Part shown: in pieces, positions 39,264 through 48,400 of the stretch
How positions within the stretch are numbered: the stretch's first letter is position 1
Layout of the letters: every line of letters starts with the position of its first letter
Assembly (NCBI GenBank): GCA_037720195.1
Contig: JBBJML010000019.1
Location: forward strand, 8,693 to 72,692
Direction: 5' to 3'
From: Nakamurella sp.
GTDB taxonomy: Bacteria; Actinomycetota; Actinomycetes; Mycobacteriales; Nakamurellaceae
Length of the DNA stretch: 64,000 bases
Position numbers and translations under genes: made by a program
The notes under the pieces: generated by a model
The model's database searches: none
Told to the model about the DNA's origin: nothing
What the model saw: only the letters and a program-made list of their open reading frames with translations

Positions 39264-40308
39264 CCACCGCCAGCCGGAGCCCCTGGAGCCGCAGCAGCCG
39301 CCGGACCCCCGGGAGCCCCGGGAGCCCCGGGAGCCGCAGGAGCCGCCGGAGTTGCTGGAGCCGCCGGAGTTGCTGAAGGCCGATGCGGTCTCCAGACAGG
39401 TCGCGCCGAGCGGCTCCAGCACCGACACCGCACCGCGCGAGTTCGGCCTGGCGTGGCTGCAGGGCATGGCCAACGATGCGCTCGACCCCGGTTATGCCGC
39501 TGCTGCACGACGCCGCTCGCCGACGACACCGGGCTCGGGAGTGCGGCGACACGCTCCGTCGACCGCGGTACGGCTGGCCGTCGCGATGCTGGTGGCCGGA
39601 CTGTCCGTCGGCATCGCCGTGGGATGGCGTCAGCTCACCGCCCCTGCCGATGCGAAGGCCCGCTCGGCCGTCCTGCAGGACGTGCGGGTCGCCCAGTCCC
39701 GACAGGACGTGTTGGCGGCCCGGGCCGAGGAACTCGACGCGCAGATCCGCGGGCAGCAGATGCTCGCCGGTGCGGGCGGTCCGCTCCGCTCGGTCACCGC
39801 GCTCCGTGACGACGCCGCGCTCACCGACGTCACCGGGCCGGGGGTGCAGTTGACGGTCGACCAGGCGGACAGCACCACGCCGATCCTCGACCGTGACCTG
39901 CAATTCCTGGTCAACGGGCTCTGGGAGGCCGACGCCGAGGCGGTCTCGGTCGGCGGGGTGCGACTGCGTTCCACCTCGGCGATCCGGCAGGCCGGCGGCG
40001 CGATCCTGGTCGACAACCGGCCGGTCTTCTGGCCGATCACGATCGACGCGATCGGCGACCCGGAGGCCGTCCAGGTGGCACTCGTGTCGACCGCCGGTTA
40101 CGGCCGGATGCTGTCGCTCAAGTCCAACTACGGCGCGGGGTTCACCATGGCCACCGCCGAGTCCTTGACGTTGCCGGGGGGTGGTACCGCCGAGCTGCGG
40201 TACGCGGACGCGCCCGCCAGCACCTCCACCAGCACCTCAACCGGCGTGTCCACCGCCGGTCGGTCCACCGACCTGCCGACCGAGAACGAACCGGAGCCCC
40301 CGCGATGA
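39256..40308 (+). CDS. DUF881 domain protein with Pro/Glu-rich repeat N-terminus (start uncertain)
   Basis: One TM helix, then the DUF881-like core (TGPGVQLTVDQ, DRDLQFLVNGLWEADAEAVSVGGVRL, PITIDAIGDP). Its position matches Rv1823. Confidence 0.8.
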   Translation: MADHRQPEPLEPQQPPDPREPREPREPQEPPELLEPPELLKADAVSRQVAPSGSSTDTAPREFGLAWLQGMANDALDPGYAAAARRRSPTTPGSGVRRHAPSTAVRLAVAMLVAGLSVGIAVGWRQLTAPADAKARSAVLQDVRVAQSRQDVLAARAEELDAQIRGQQMLAGAGGPLRSVTALRDDAALTDVTGPGVQLTVDQADSTTPILDRDLQFLVNGLWEADAEAVSVGGVRLRSTSAIRQAGGAILVDNRPVFWPITIDAIGDPEAVQVALVSTAGYGRMLSLKSNYGAGFTMATAESLTLPGGGTAELRYADAPASTSTSTSTGVSTAGRSTDLPTENEPEPPR

Positions 40309-40709
40309 CCGAATCGACAGCACCGCCGGCCGCCGACAGTGCGGCGCATCCAGCAGCGGGACGATGGTCGGCGATCGTCTTCGCGGTCGTCGCGTTGCTG
40401 GCCGGCGCCGTCATCGGCCTGCTGGCGTCGCCCTCGGTGCCGGACTGGCTCGCTCCGTATCTGCCGATCGCCGTCGTTGCCGCCCTGGACGCGTTGTTCG
40501 GCGCGCTGCGCGCATTCCTGCAGCGGATGTTCGACTCCCGGGTGTTCGTCGTGTCGTTCATCGGGAACGTCCTGGTGGCCGCGTTGATCGTCTTCCTCGG
40601 TGATCAGTTGGGTGTCGGCTCGCAGCTGTCGACGGCGGTCGTCGTCGTGCTCGGCATCCGGATCTTCGCCAACGTCGCCGCGATCCGCCGTCAGGTCTTC
40701 CACGCATGA
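40305..40709 (+). CDS. sbp: Small basic family protein (Sbp, DUF1290)
   Basis: ATGA overlaps on both sides. It has 3-4 TM helices, with DALFGALRAFLQRMFDSRVFVVSFIGN. It lies between two DUF881 genes. Confidence 0.8.
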   Translation: MTESTAPPAADSAAHPAAGRWSAIVFAVVALLAGAVIGLLASPSVPDWLAPYLPIAVVAALDALFGALRAFLQRMFDSRVFVVSFIGNVLVAALIVFLGDQLGVGSQLSTAVVVVLGIRIFANVAAIRRQVFHA

Positions 40710-41467
40710 GCGGCCCGCAGGACGGAGCGCGGGACGGGCCGTCGACGGCCGGGACGGCGGCAGTCCACACCTCCCACGGGACTCCCCGACGCAGGCGTTC
40801 CGTGACCGCGGTCGTCGCCTTCATTCTCGTCGCGCTGCTGGGTTTCGGCTTCGTCACCCAGCTGCGCAGTACCGCGGCCGGCGACAATCTCGAAGCCCTG
40901 CGCTCCGACGATCTGGTGCAGATCCTGGATGGCCTGCAGCAGCGCGAGGACGATCTGAACGCCGAGATCCGCACCCAGGAAGCGACCCTGCAAGGACTGC
41001 TCGCCGGCGGTGCGAGCTCTGGGGAAGCTCTGGCCGAAGCGCGGAAGCAGGCTTCGGAGCTGGAGATCATCAACGGCGTCGCGCCCGCCGCCGGGCCCGG
41101 CATCACCCTGCGGATCGGCGATCCGGCCCGTGCGGTGAGCCCGGAGTTCCTGCTCGACACCGTCCAGGAGCTCCGCAATGCCGGAGCCGAGGCGATCCAG
41201 ATCGGCGCGGTGCGGATCGGGGTCGACTCCGCGTTCGTCGGGGATGCGGCCTCCCTGCAGATCGACGGCAAGCCCGTCAGCCGACCGATCAGCGTGAAGG
41301 CCATCGGCGAGCCGGCCACCCTCGCCGCGGCCATGTCGATTCCCGGCGGGGTGGTCGACTCCGTCCGCCGGGTGGGCGCGACCATCGACGTCGGCCAATC
41401 CCGGTCGATCAGCATCACCGCCTTGCGGACGCCGCGAGCCCCGATCTACGCTCGCCCGGCTGGATGA
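40706..41467 (+). CDS. DUF881 domain protein
   Basis: One TM helix, a coiled segment, then GPGITLRIGD, LLDTVQELRNAGAEAIQIGAVRI and ISVKAIGEP. Confidence 0.8.
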   Translation: MSGPQDGARDGPSTAGTAAVHTSHGTPRRRRSVTAVVAFILVALLGFGFVTQLRSTAAGDNLEALRSDDLVQILDGLQQREDDLNAEIRTQEATLQGLLAGGASSGEALAEARKQASELEIINGVAPAAGPGITLRIGDPARAVSPEFLLDTVQELRNAGAEAIQIGAVRIGVDSAFVGDAASLQIDGKPVSRPISVKAIGEPATLAAAMSIPGGVVDSVRRVGATIDVGQSRSISITALRTPRAPIYARPAG

Positions 41468-41573
41468 CCCCGGTGATGTCCGGGCGGGCGACGCACCTGT
41501 CACCGCCGACGCCGTCGCTGCGTCGGGCCGATCCGAGTTCGTTCCCCGATCCGTTGATGAGGAAGGCACGTCT

Positions 41574-41957
41574 GTGATCCCTGAGGACCTGCAGTACAGC
41601 TCCGACCACGAGTGGGTCCGCACCACGTCCGGCGACGCCGTCCGGATCGGCATCACCGACTTCGCGCAGGGAGCGCTGGGCGACATCGTGTACGTCCAGT
41701 TGCCCGATCTGGGCAGCACCTTCAGTGCAGGCGACACCATCGGCGAGGTCGAGTCGACCAAGTCGGTGTCCGATCTCTTCGCGCCCGTCGGCGGGACCAT
41801 CGTGACGCGCAACGAGGCGCTCGATGCCGCCCCTGAGACGGTCAACTCCGATCCCTACGGCGACGGCTGGATGGTGGAGATCCAGTTCGACGATCCGGCC
41901 GAACTGGAGAACCTGATGGACGCGGACGCCTACGGCAACCAGGTCGGCGGCGAGTAG
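41574..41957 (+). CDS. gcvH: Glycine cleavage system protein H
   Basis: YSSDHEWV, GITDFAQGALGDIVYV and the lipoyl-lysine motif GEVESTKSVSDLFAPVGG are present. Length is 127 aa. Confidence 0.95.
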   Translation: MIPEDLQYSSDHEWVRTTSGDAVRIGITDFAQGALGDIVYVQLPDLGSTFSAGDTIGEVESTKSVSDLFAPVGGTIVTRNEALDAAPETVNSDPYGDGWMVEIQFDDPAELENLMDADAYGNQVGGE

Positions 41958-42049
41958 GGCCGCACTGCCCTCGCTGCCCGCACCCGTCCAGCGGCGGGCG
42001 CGGGTGGCACCGGGTCCCGTCGCGCGGAACCCGGTGCAGCGCACAGCAT

Positions 42050-42919
42050 TCAGCGCTGGTTGACCGCGTCGCGCCAGGCCACCAGATCCCGGACCTTGCC
42101 GTAGTCGAGTTCCTCGTCGAGGGCCACCGTGAACAGCCGGGTGCCCACGTCGTAGAGCTCCTGGGCGTTTCCGGGGTAGTCGCTGACCACTTCGGGCGCC
42201 CGTCCCGGGGTGAATGCGACCCCGGCGCTGCGCTCGATCTCCCGGGGGTCGCGGCCGATCTCTGCGCAGCGCTCGTCGAGCACCGCGTGCTTGTGCGCGA
42301 TCACCTGCGGCTCGCCGAAGCCGTGCCAGATGTCGGCATGGCGGGCCACGATGCGCAGCGTCTTCTGCTCGCCGCCGCCGCCGATCAGCACCGGGATGTC
42401 GCGCACCGGTGCAGGGTTCAGTGCGGCCCATCGCTGTTCGATCAGGGGCAGGTCGCGTGCCAGTGCGTCCAGTCGGCCGCCCGCGGTCCCGAACTCGTAG
42501 CCGTACTCGGTGTAGTCGCGCTCGAACCAGCCGGAGCCGATGCCCAGGATGAACCGGCCCTCCGACAGGTGATCGATCGTTCGGGCCATGTCCGCCAGCA
42601 GCTGGGGGTTGCGGTAGCTGTTGCACGCCACCAGCGGTCCGAGTTCGACCCGCTCCGTGGCCTCCGCCCAGGCGGCCAACAGGGTGAAGCACTCGTAGTG
42701 CAGGCCGTCCGGTTCGCCCGCGAGCGGGAAGAAGTGGTCCCAGTTGAAGATGATGTCGACGCCGATGTCCTCCAGGTTGGCGCAGGCCTGCCGCATGTTG
42801 GCGATCGAGCGATGCTGCGGCTGGATCTGGACGCCGACCCTGGCCGGTCGGTCGGGGGAGGTGCCGGCCGGGTGCGTGTCGGTGGGGGCTGTGGGGGCAG
42901 GGGTCTCGGATGTGCTCAC
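42050..42919 (-). CDS. Luciferase-like monooxygenase family oxidoreductase, probably F420-dependent
   Basis: The LLM fold has ~290 aa length and motifs (LLAAWAEATERVELGPLVACNSYRNP, GIGSGWFERDY) typical of F420-dependent LLM class members. The cofactor assignment is inferred. Confidence 0.7.
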   Translation of the reverse strand: MSTSETPAPTAPTDTHPAGTSPDRPARVGVQIQPQHRSIANMRQACANLEDIGVDIIFNWDHFFPLAGEPDGLHYECFTLLAAWAEATERVELGPLVACNSYRNPQLLADMARTIDHLSEGRFILGIGSGWFERDYTEYGYEFGTAGGRLDALARDLPLIEQRWAALNPAPVRDIPVLIGGGGEQKTLRIVARHADIWHGFGEPQVIAHKHAVLDERCAEIGRDPREIERSAGVAFTPGRAPEVVSDYPGNAQELYDVGTRLFTVALDEELDYGKVRDLVAWRDAVNQR

Positions 42920-43186
42920 GATGCTGAATGTAGCGCCGCGGGGTCACCCGGTCCCGGTGAGCACCGACGTCGCCCACCGTGACCGGGATGCCCTGGGCGC
43001 GGTAGCCTCGACCGCACGGTCCGCGCGGGGTCCGGCCGCCTCGTTGGGGCGCGTCCTGCGCGGGTCCTGCAGTACGGTCAGTACCTCGGGGTCGGCGATC
43101 GCCGCCCGTATCTTGCGGGGTGGTTCGCCATCCCTGGTCCGCGGCCCGTCCGGGTCGCGCTCGCCAGCGCTGAAGGGAGCGACGGT

Positions 43187-43672
43187 ATGTCACACGTCGA
43201 CAACACGCCGCCCGGATCCTTGGGGTCCCCGCAGGGATCGGCCGACTCCGACGCTGCCACCACCTCGATCTTCAAGGCCGTCACGGTCGGCGATCCCGAG
43301 CGTCCGGGGGAGCAGACCCTGACCGGTCTGGACGCCCTGCGGCCGGGCACCGCGCTGCTGGTCGTCAAGCGGGGCCCGAACGCCGGATCGCGATTCCAGC
43401 TCGACGTCCCGTTGGTGACCGCGGGCCGTCATCCCGAGAGCGAGATCTTCCTCGACGACGTGACCGTGTCGCGGCGGCACGCCGAGTTCCGACGGGTCGA
43501 CGGCGGTTTCGAGGTCAGCGACACCGGCTCGTTGAACGGCACCTACGTGAACCGCGAACCGATCGAGAGCTCTCTGCTGGTCAACGGCGACGAGGTGCAG
43601 ATCGGCAAGTTCCGGTTGGTCTTCCTGACTGCCGACGCGGCTGCGGCCGGCGGCGCCGCGGCCGAGCAGTGA
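43187..43672 (+). CDS. garA: FHA-domain 2-oxoglutarate metabolism regulator GarA/OdhI
   Basis: It has an N-terminal phospho-threonine motif region (DAATTSIFKA) and a C-terminal FHA domain (GRHPESEIFLDDVTVSRRHAEF, SLNGTYVN). It is in the conserved position after gcvH. Confidence 0.9.
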   Translation: MSHVDNTPPGSLGSPQGSADSDAATTSIFKAVTVGDPERPGEQTLTGLDALRPGTALLVVKRGPNAGSRFQLDVPLVTAGRHPESEIFLDDVTVSRRHAEFRRVDGGFEVSDTGSLNGTYVNREPIESSLLVNGDEVQIGKFRLVFLTADAAAAGGAAAEQ

Positions 43673-43682
43673 CCGCAACACG

Positions 43683-44408
43683 ATGACCGCAGCGGGCCTC
43701 CCCGCCGGGCAGTCGTGGAGCATCGGCGCCGTACTGGCCCGCTTGAAGCCGGACTTCCCGGAGGTGACGATCTCCAAGATCCGATTCCTGGAGACCGAGG
43801 GTCTCATCACCCCGGAGCGCACACCGGCCGGGTATCGGCAGTTCAGCCCGGCCGACATCGAACGGCTCCGGTTCGTGCTCACCGCCCAGCGCGATCACTA
43901 CCTGCCGCTCAAGGTGATCAAGGATCAGCTGGATGCCCGCTCCCGTGGCCTCGAGCCGGCGACCCCGTCGCCGCGCCTTCCCCGCTCGTTCGGGATCGCG
44001 ATCGGTCCGGAGACGACCGGATCGGGTGTCGACACCCACCTGCGGATGACGAGGGTCGAACTCCTCGCAGCATCCGGCCTGACCACCGAGCAGCTGCGTG
44101 ACGTCGAGTCGTTCGGGCTGGTCTCGATCGGCGCTGGTGGTTGGTACGGCGCGGAGGCAGCGCAGATCGCCGCTGCCGCCGCCGAACTGTTCGCCGCCGG
44201 GCTCGAAGCCCGTCATCTCCGCCCGCTGCGGACGGCCGCAGACCGGGAGGCCGCGATGATTTCGCAGATGGTCTCCGCGCAGGCGCGGCAGAAGGATCCC
44301 GACGCGCGGGAGCGAGCCGAGGCCATGGCAGCCCAATTGGCCGGCACCGTGTTGCGGCTGCATGCGACGTTGGTCCGGGCGGGTTTGCGGCGCGACCTCA
44401 GTGGCTGA
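43683..44408 (+). CDS. ftsR: MerR-family transcriptional regulator (FtsR/Rv1828-like)
   Basis: The HTH is SIGAVLARLKPDFPEVTISKIRFLETEGLITPERTPAGYRQFSPADIERLRFVL. It lies directly downstream of garA, as in Corynebacteriales. Confidence 0.8.
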   Translation: MTAAGLPAGQSWSIGAVLARLKPDFPEVTISKIRFLETEGLITPERTPAGYRQFSPADIERLRFVLTAQRDHYLPLKVIKDQLDARSRGLEPATPSPRLPRSFGIAIGPETTGSGVDTHLRMTRVELLAASGLTTEQLRDVESFGLVSIGAGGWYGAEAAQIAAAAAELFAAGLEARHLRPLRTAADREAAMISQMVSAQARQKDPDARERAEAMAAQLAGTVLRLHATLVRAGLRRDLSG

Positions 44409-44501
44409 AGGCCACCTGCGGCGGGACCCGATCAGCAGCGCACCCGCGTGTACCGTCATGGGAAGAATCGGACACCCGGATCGGCACCATCGGGAGGGCA
44501 C

Positions 44502-45035
44502 ATGATCGAGATGCGGGTCGTCGGCGTTCGCGTCGAAATCCCTTCCCAGCAGCCGATCCTGGTGCTCAGCGAGAAGGACGGACCCCGGAGCCTGCCCATC
44601 GCGATCGGCAGTTCGGAGGCCACGGCCATCGCCATGCACCTGCAGGGCATGCGTCCGCCCCGGCCGCTCACCCACGATCTGCTCGGACAGGTGATCCTCG
44701 CGCTCGGGCGCTCGCTGCAGGAGGTGCGGGTCGTCGACTTCCGGGACGGCACGTTCTACGGGGAACTCGCATTCGACGACGGCACGGCGGTCTCCGCGCG
44801 GCCTTCGGATGCCGTGGCGCTCGCGGTGCGGTTGGACTGCCCGGTGTTGGTGTCGGAGGAACTGCTCGACGAGGCCGGCATCGTGTTGGAGGACGAGGAT
44901 CCGGACGACGAGGGCGCCGAGGTCATCTTCGAGGCCGACGCCGAACCGGGCGTCGACCCGGACGAGGAAGTTCAGGCCTTCCGCGAGTTCCTGGACTCCG
45001 TCTCACCCGAGGACTTCGGACCCGAACGCTCGTGA
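44502..45035 (+). CDS. Bifunctional nuclease family protein (DUF151, Rv1829-like)
   Basis: MIEMRVVGVRVEIPSQQPILVLSE, LPIAIGSSEATAIA and RPLTHDLL are present. GGGAGGG SD upstream. Acidic C-terminal tail. Confidence 0.85.
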   Translation: MIEMRVVGVRVEIPSQQPILVLSEKDGPRSLPIAIGSSEATAIAMHLQGMRPPRPLTHDLLGQVILALGRSLQEVRVVDFRDGTFYGELAFDDGTAVSARPSDAVALAVRLDCPVLVSEELLDEAGIVLEDEDPDDEGAEVIFEADAEPGVDPDEEVQAFREFLDSVSPEDFGPERS

Positions 45036-45042
45036 TTCTGGC

Positions 45043-45062
45043 GTCGCCGGCGTGCCGGCGAC
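45043..45062 (+). terminator. Short GC hairpin after the DUF151 gene
   Basis: GTCGCCGG-CGTG-CCGGCGAC lies 8 nt after the stop. Confidence 0.4.
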
Positions 45063-45142
45063 CCTAAGCCTCAAGTCAAGGTTGAGAACACGCCGGTCGC
45101 ATCGTTGACCCGGGGCAGCCACCGGCCTACCGTCGAGACAAG

Positions 45143-45156
45143 TCACACGCGTGTGA
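45143..45156. promoter_or_regulatory. Perfect 14-bp palindrome, operator candidate upstream of the second MerR gene
   Basis: TCACACGCGTGTGA lies downstream of a TTGACC hexamer (45106-45111). Direct repeats GATCAGTGCCAG x2 follow at 45216-45243. Confidence 0.4.
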
Positions 45157-45306
45157 TCACCAGCGTGTCATTCATCGGCGCAGGTCGTCGGTGTCAGTTC
45201 GTCAGCGCCAGTCCCGATCAGTGCCAGCGTCGATCAGTGCCAGTCCATTCAGTCCCGGTACGCCAGAGGTGCCGCGGAGTCCGAAGTGCCGCAGAGAGGC
45301 AGCGCG

Positions 45307-45858
45307 ATGCGCGAGAGTCAGCAGGGTGCGCTGTTCCCGAACGATGCAGTTCCGGACGAGTACACGGGGTACCGCGGGGCCACCGCCTGGCAGGCCGCGG
45401 GGATCACCTACCGCCAGCTGGACTACTGGGCGCGGACTTCTCTGGTGGTGCCCACCATTCGCAGTGCGTCCGGCTCCGGCTCGCAACGGCTCTACTCCTT
45501 CAAGGACATCCTGGTTCTCAAGGTGGTCAAACGGTTGCTCGACACCGGTGTCTCACTCCAGAACATCCGGGTCGCGGTCGAGCACCTGCGCAAGCGCGGT
45601 GTCGAAGACCTGGCGGGTGTCACCCTCTTCTCCGACGGCACCACCGTGTACGAGTGCACCTCGCCCGAAGAGATCGTCGATCTGCTGCAGGGCGGGCAGG
45701 GCGTCTTCGGGATCGCTGTCGGCGGTTCGATGCGCGAGATCACCGGCACGCTCGCCGAGTTCCCGGCCGAGCGACTCGACGGCGACACCGTCGTGGCGGC
45801 CGAGCAGCGAGGCTCGGACGAGCTCGCCGCCCGCCGGCAGGCCCGCAGCGCCGGCTGA
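45307..45858 (+). CDS. MerR-family transcriptional regulator (Rv1830-like)
   Basis: The HTH is GITYRQLDYWARTSLVVPTIRSASGSGSQRLYSFKDILVLKVVKRLLDTGVSLQNI. Start at MRESQQ chosen; an ATG at 45286 is possible. Confidence 0.85.
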   Translation: MRESQQGALFPNDAVPDEYTGYRGATAWQAAGITYRQLDYWARTSLVVPTIRSASGSGSQRLYSFKDILVLKVVKRLLDTGVSLQNIRVAVEHLRKRGVEDLAGVTLFSDGTTVYECTSPEEIVDLLQGGQGVFGIAVGGSMREITGTLAEFPAERLDGDTVVAAEQRGSDELAARRQARSAG

Positions 45859-45876
45859 TCCGGCACCACTTCTCGA

Positions 45877-45900
45877 ACGTCTGCGCCCGTGCGCAGACGT
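45877..45900 (+). terminator. Perfect 10-bp stem hairpin after the MerR gene
   Basis: ACGTCTGCGC-CCGT-GCGCAGACGT lies 19 nt after the stop. Confidence 0.55.
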
Positions 45901-46040
45901 GTCCATCGACACCACCGCTGAGCCCAGGCCCGGCGGTGGTGTCATGTCGGCGGTGCGCCAGCCCCACGGACGCCGGCAGTCCTGCCGCCGGCGAGGTCGG
46001 CCCCTGCCGGTCGGTGACCGGCGGAACAGCGACGAATGGT

Positions 46041-46059
46041 TCGTTAGGCGCACTAACGA
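46041..46059. promoter_or_regulatory. Inverted repeat, candidate MarR operator
   Basis: TCGTTAG-GCGCA-CTAACGA ends 7 nt before the marR-like ATG. Confidence 0.4.
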
Positions 46060-46065
46060 GTTAGT

Positions 46066-46539
46066 ATGAGAGACGTGAGGGCTTCCCGGACCGTCCCGTC
46101 GTCTGCCACCGACCCCACCCGGTCGGACGACGATGTCGCCCGCATCCGGCGGGCCGTGCTGGTGCTGGCACGGCGGCTACGTCAGCAAGCGTCCGGCGAC
46201 ACACTCTCGGCCACCGAGATGAGCGTGTTGGGGCGGATCCTGCGGGGCGAGGCGAACACCCCGGGGCGATTGGCGAGGGCAGAGCACGTGCAGCCGCCGT
46301 CGATGACCAAGGTGCTGGAGCGTGTCGAGCAGCTCGGCTTCATCGGCCGCCGCCCGCATCCGGACGACGGCCGTCAGCAACTGCTGAGCATCACCGCGCA
46401 GGGGACCGAGTTCATCGAACGGACCCGCGAGCAGCGCACCCGGTGGCTCTCCGAACACATCGAGGCGTTGTCCGCGGCCGAGCGCACGGCCCTCGGCCGC
46501 GCCGTCGACGCCCTGGAGAAGCTGGCGGACCTGCCGTGA
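46066..46539 (+). CDS. MarR-family transcriptional regulator
   Basis: The winged HTH is LSATEMSVLGRILRGEANTPGRLARAEHVQPPSMTKVLERVEQLGFIGRRPHPDDGRQ. GTGA overlap with the MFS gene. Confidence 0.88.
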   Translation: MRDVRASRTVPSSATDPTRSDDDVARIRRAVLVLARRLRQQASGDTLSATEMSVLGRILRGEANTPGRLARAEHVQPPSMTKVLERVEQLGFIGRRPHPDDGRQQLLSITAQGTEFIERTREQRTRWLSEHIEALSAAERTALGRAVDALEKLADLP

Positions 46540-47906
46540 GCACGCCCGCTCGACCGGCTGACACCGCACCGGCCGCGGCCCGGGAGCCCGCGGTCGAGGC
46601 GGTTCCCGGCGATCATCCCGGTGCTGCGCCGACGCCCGAAGTCGCCAGGATCACGCTGTTCGCCTCCCTCCGGGTGCGCAACTACCGGCTGTACTTCCTC
46701 GGCGGGCTGATCTCGAACAACGGCACCTGGATGCAGCGCATCGCCCAGGACTGGCTGGTCTTCTCCCTCACCGGATCGTCCTTCGCGGTCGGCATCACCA
46801 CGGCGCTGCAGTTCGGCCCCATGCTGTTCCTCGGCCTGTTCGGCGGGTTGCTCGCAGACCGTTTCCCGCAGCGCCGGCTGCTGCTGATCTCCCAGTGCAT
46901 CCTCGCGGCTCTGGCGACCACGCTGGCGGTCCTCACGCTGACCGGGTCGATCACGGTGGGCGCCATCTACCTGATCGCCCTCGGGCTGGGGCTCGCGACA
47001 GTGATCGACAATCCGGCCCGGCAGAGCTTCGTCGGCGTCATGGTCCCGGCCTCGCTGATGCGCAACGCGGTCTCGTTGAACACCGGTAACTTCCAGCTCG
47101 CGCGGCTCACCGGCCCGGCGATCGCCGGCCTGCTGATCGCCTGGATCGGGCCGGGCTGGGCGTTCGCGTTCAACGCGGTGTCCTTCCTCGCGGTCATCAC
47201 CGGGCTGCTCATGATGCGCACGTCGGAGCTGCAGGCATCGCCGCGCGCCGCTCGCGGCAAGGGTCAGCTGCGGGAGGCGCTCCGCTACGTCAAGGACCGC
47301 CCGCACCTGGTCTGGACGATCGTGCTGGTCTTCTTCATCGGGACGTTCGGTTTCAACTTCGCGATCATCCTGACGGCCTACGTCGGCAACGTCTTCCACG
47401 GTGGCGCCGGTCTGTACGGCTTCCTCAACTCCACGATGGCCCTGGGTTCGTTGGGTGGGGCGCTGCTGGCCGCCCGTCGTTCGACGGCAACCCTGCGGCT
47501 GCTGTTCGCCATCGCTGCCACCTTCGCCGGCATGCTGATCCTGCTCGGCCTGACCCCGTGGCTGCCGCTGTTCTGTGTGCTGCTGGCGCTGACCGGGATG
47601 GCCGGGGTCAGCTTCAACAGCCTGGGCAACTCGTCGGTGCAGCTGGCGACCGATCCGATGCTCCGCGGCCGGGTGATGAGCCTGTACTTCCTGGTGCTGA
47701 TGGGATCGACGCCGATCGGGTCGCTGATCGTCGGCTGGATCACCGAGCACTGGGGTGCCCCGATCGCGCTGATCATCTCCGGGTCGATCTGCCTGTTGGC
47801 CAGCATCGGGTGTGCTGCTCTCGCCGCCCGCCAGGCCGGTTTGACGGTGAGTGTGGACCCGCGTCCTGGGCGCCGCCACCTGGTGGTCGAGCCGCGCGCC
47901 GCCTGA
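46536..47906 (+). CDS. MFS transporter (enterobactin-exporter/DUF894-like subfamily)
   Basis: About 12 TM helices, with LRVRNYRLYFLGGLISNNGTWMQRIAQDWLV near the N-terminus and GLFGGLLADRFPQRR in loop 2-3. Translationally coupled to marR. Confidence 0.85.
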   Translation: MSTPARPADTAPAAAREPAVEAVPGDHPGAAPTPEVARITLFASLRVRNYRLYFLGGLISNNGTWMQRIAQDWLVFSLTGSSFAVGITTALQFGPMLFLGLFGGLLADRFPQRRLLLISQCILAALATTLAVLTLTGSITVGAIYLIALGLGLATVIDNPARQSFVGVMVPASLMRNAVSLNTGNFQLARLTGPAIAGLLIAWIGPGWAFAFNAVSFLAVITGLLMMRTSELQASPRAARGKGQLREALRYVKDRPHLVWTIVLVFFIGTFGFNFAIILTAYVGNVFHGGAGLYGFLNSTMALGSLGGALLAARRSTATLRLLFAIAATFAGMLILLGLTPWLPLFCVLLALTGMAGVSFNSLGNSSVQLATDPMLRGRVMSLYFLVLMGSTPIGSLIVGWITEHWGAPIALIISGSICLLASIGCAALAARQAGLTVSVDPRPGRRHLVVEPRAA

Positions 47907-47912
47907 AACTCC

Positions 47913-48314
47913 TCAGTCCAGGAGCACTTGGGCAGCCACGGTGACGGCGATGCCGCCGACCCCCAGGATCAGGGCCCAGGTCGTCGAGCCGGTGAGCCAC
48001 GCAGCCGCCGCAGCGAGCAGGATCAGCCCGCACCCCAGGACGAGGCGCCCCGTCAGGCCCAGCCGGTGGTCCGCATTCGGCGACATCCAGGTGGACCACA
48101 CGGCGACGAGCGCGACGACGGCGATCACCACGCCGATCCAGCCCCCGACCGGGCCGGCGATCCGGCTGCCGAGCCGGTATCCGACGACGCCCCAGGTGAC
48201 CCCGAGTGCGATCTCTACGGCGAAGGCGCCTGTCCCGGCGATCCATTCGAGCGGGGTCTCGGGCGTGCCGGGATGCTGGCGGGGCGTGACGGGCGTGGCC
48301 GTGGAGGAGGTCAT
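47913..48314 (-). CDS. Small membrane protein (possibly DUF2568-like)
   Basis: It has 4 predicted TM helices and no catalytic motifs. The family assignment is a guess. Confidence 0.45.
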   Translation of the reverse strand: MTSSTATPVTPRQHPGTPETPLEWIAGTGAFAVEIALGVTWGVVGYRLGSRIAGPVGGWIGVVIAVVALVAVWSTWMSPNADHRLGLTGRLVLGCGLILLAAAAAWLTGSTTWALILGVGGIAVTVAAQVLLD

Positions 48315-48400
48315 GGATCAAGTGTGAGCACTGCTCTCGCAAAATGCAAGAGCAGTGCTCTCCAAATGTGGCCGAACGACAAAGAAGTCGGAACCCCTTG

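Noticed and set aside
38436-39473. N-terminal 346 aa of the 700-aa minus-strand ORF containing the chorismate-binding enzyme
   Set aside because: This part is antisense to the well-supported pgsA-like gene and is low-complexity (Arg/Gly/Pro). The enzyme-like sequence begins at the ATG at 38435.
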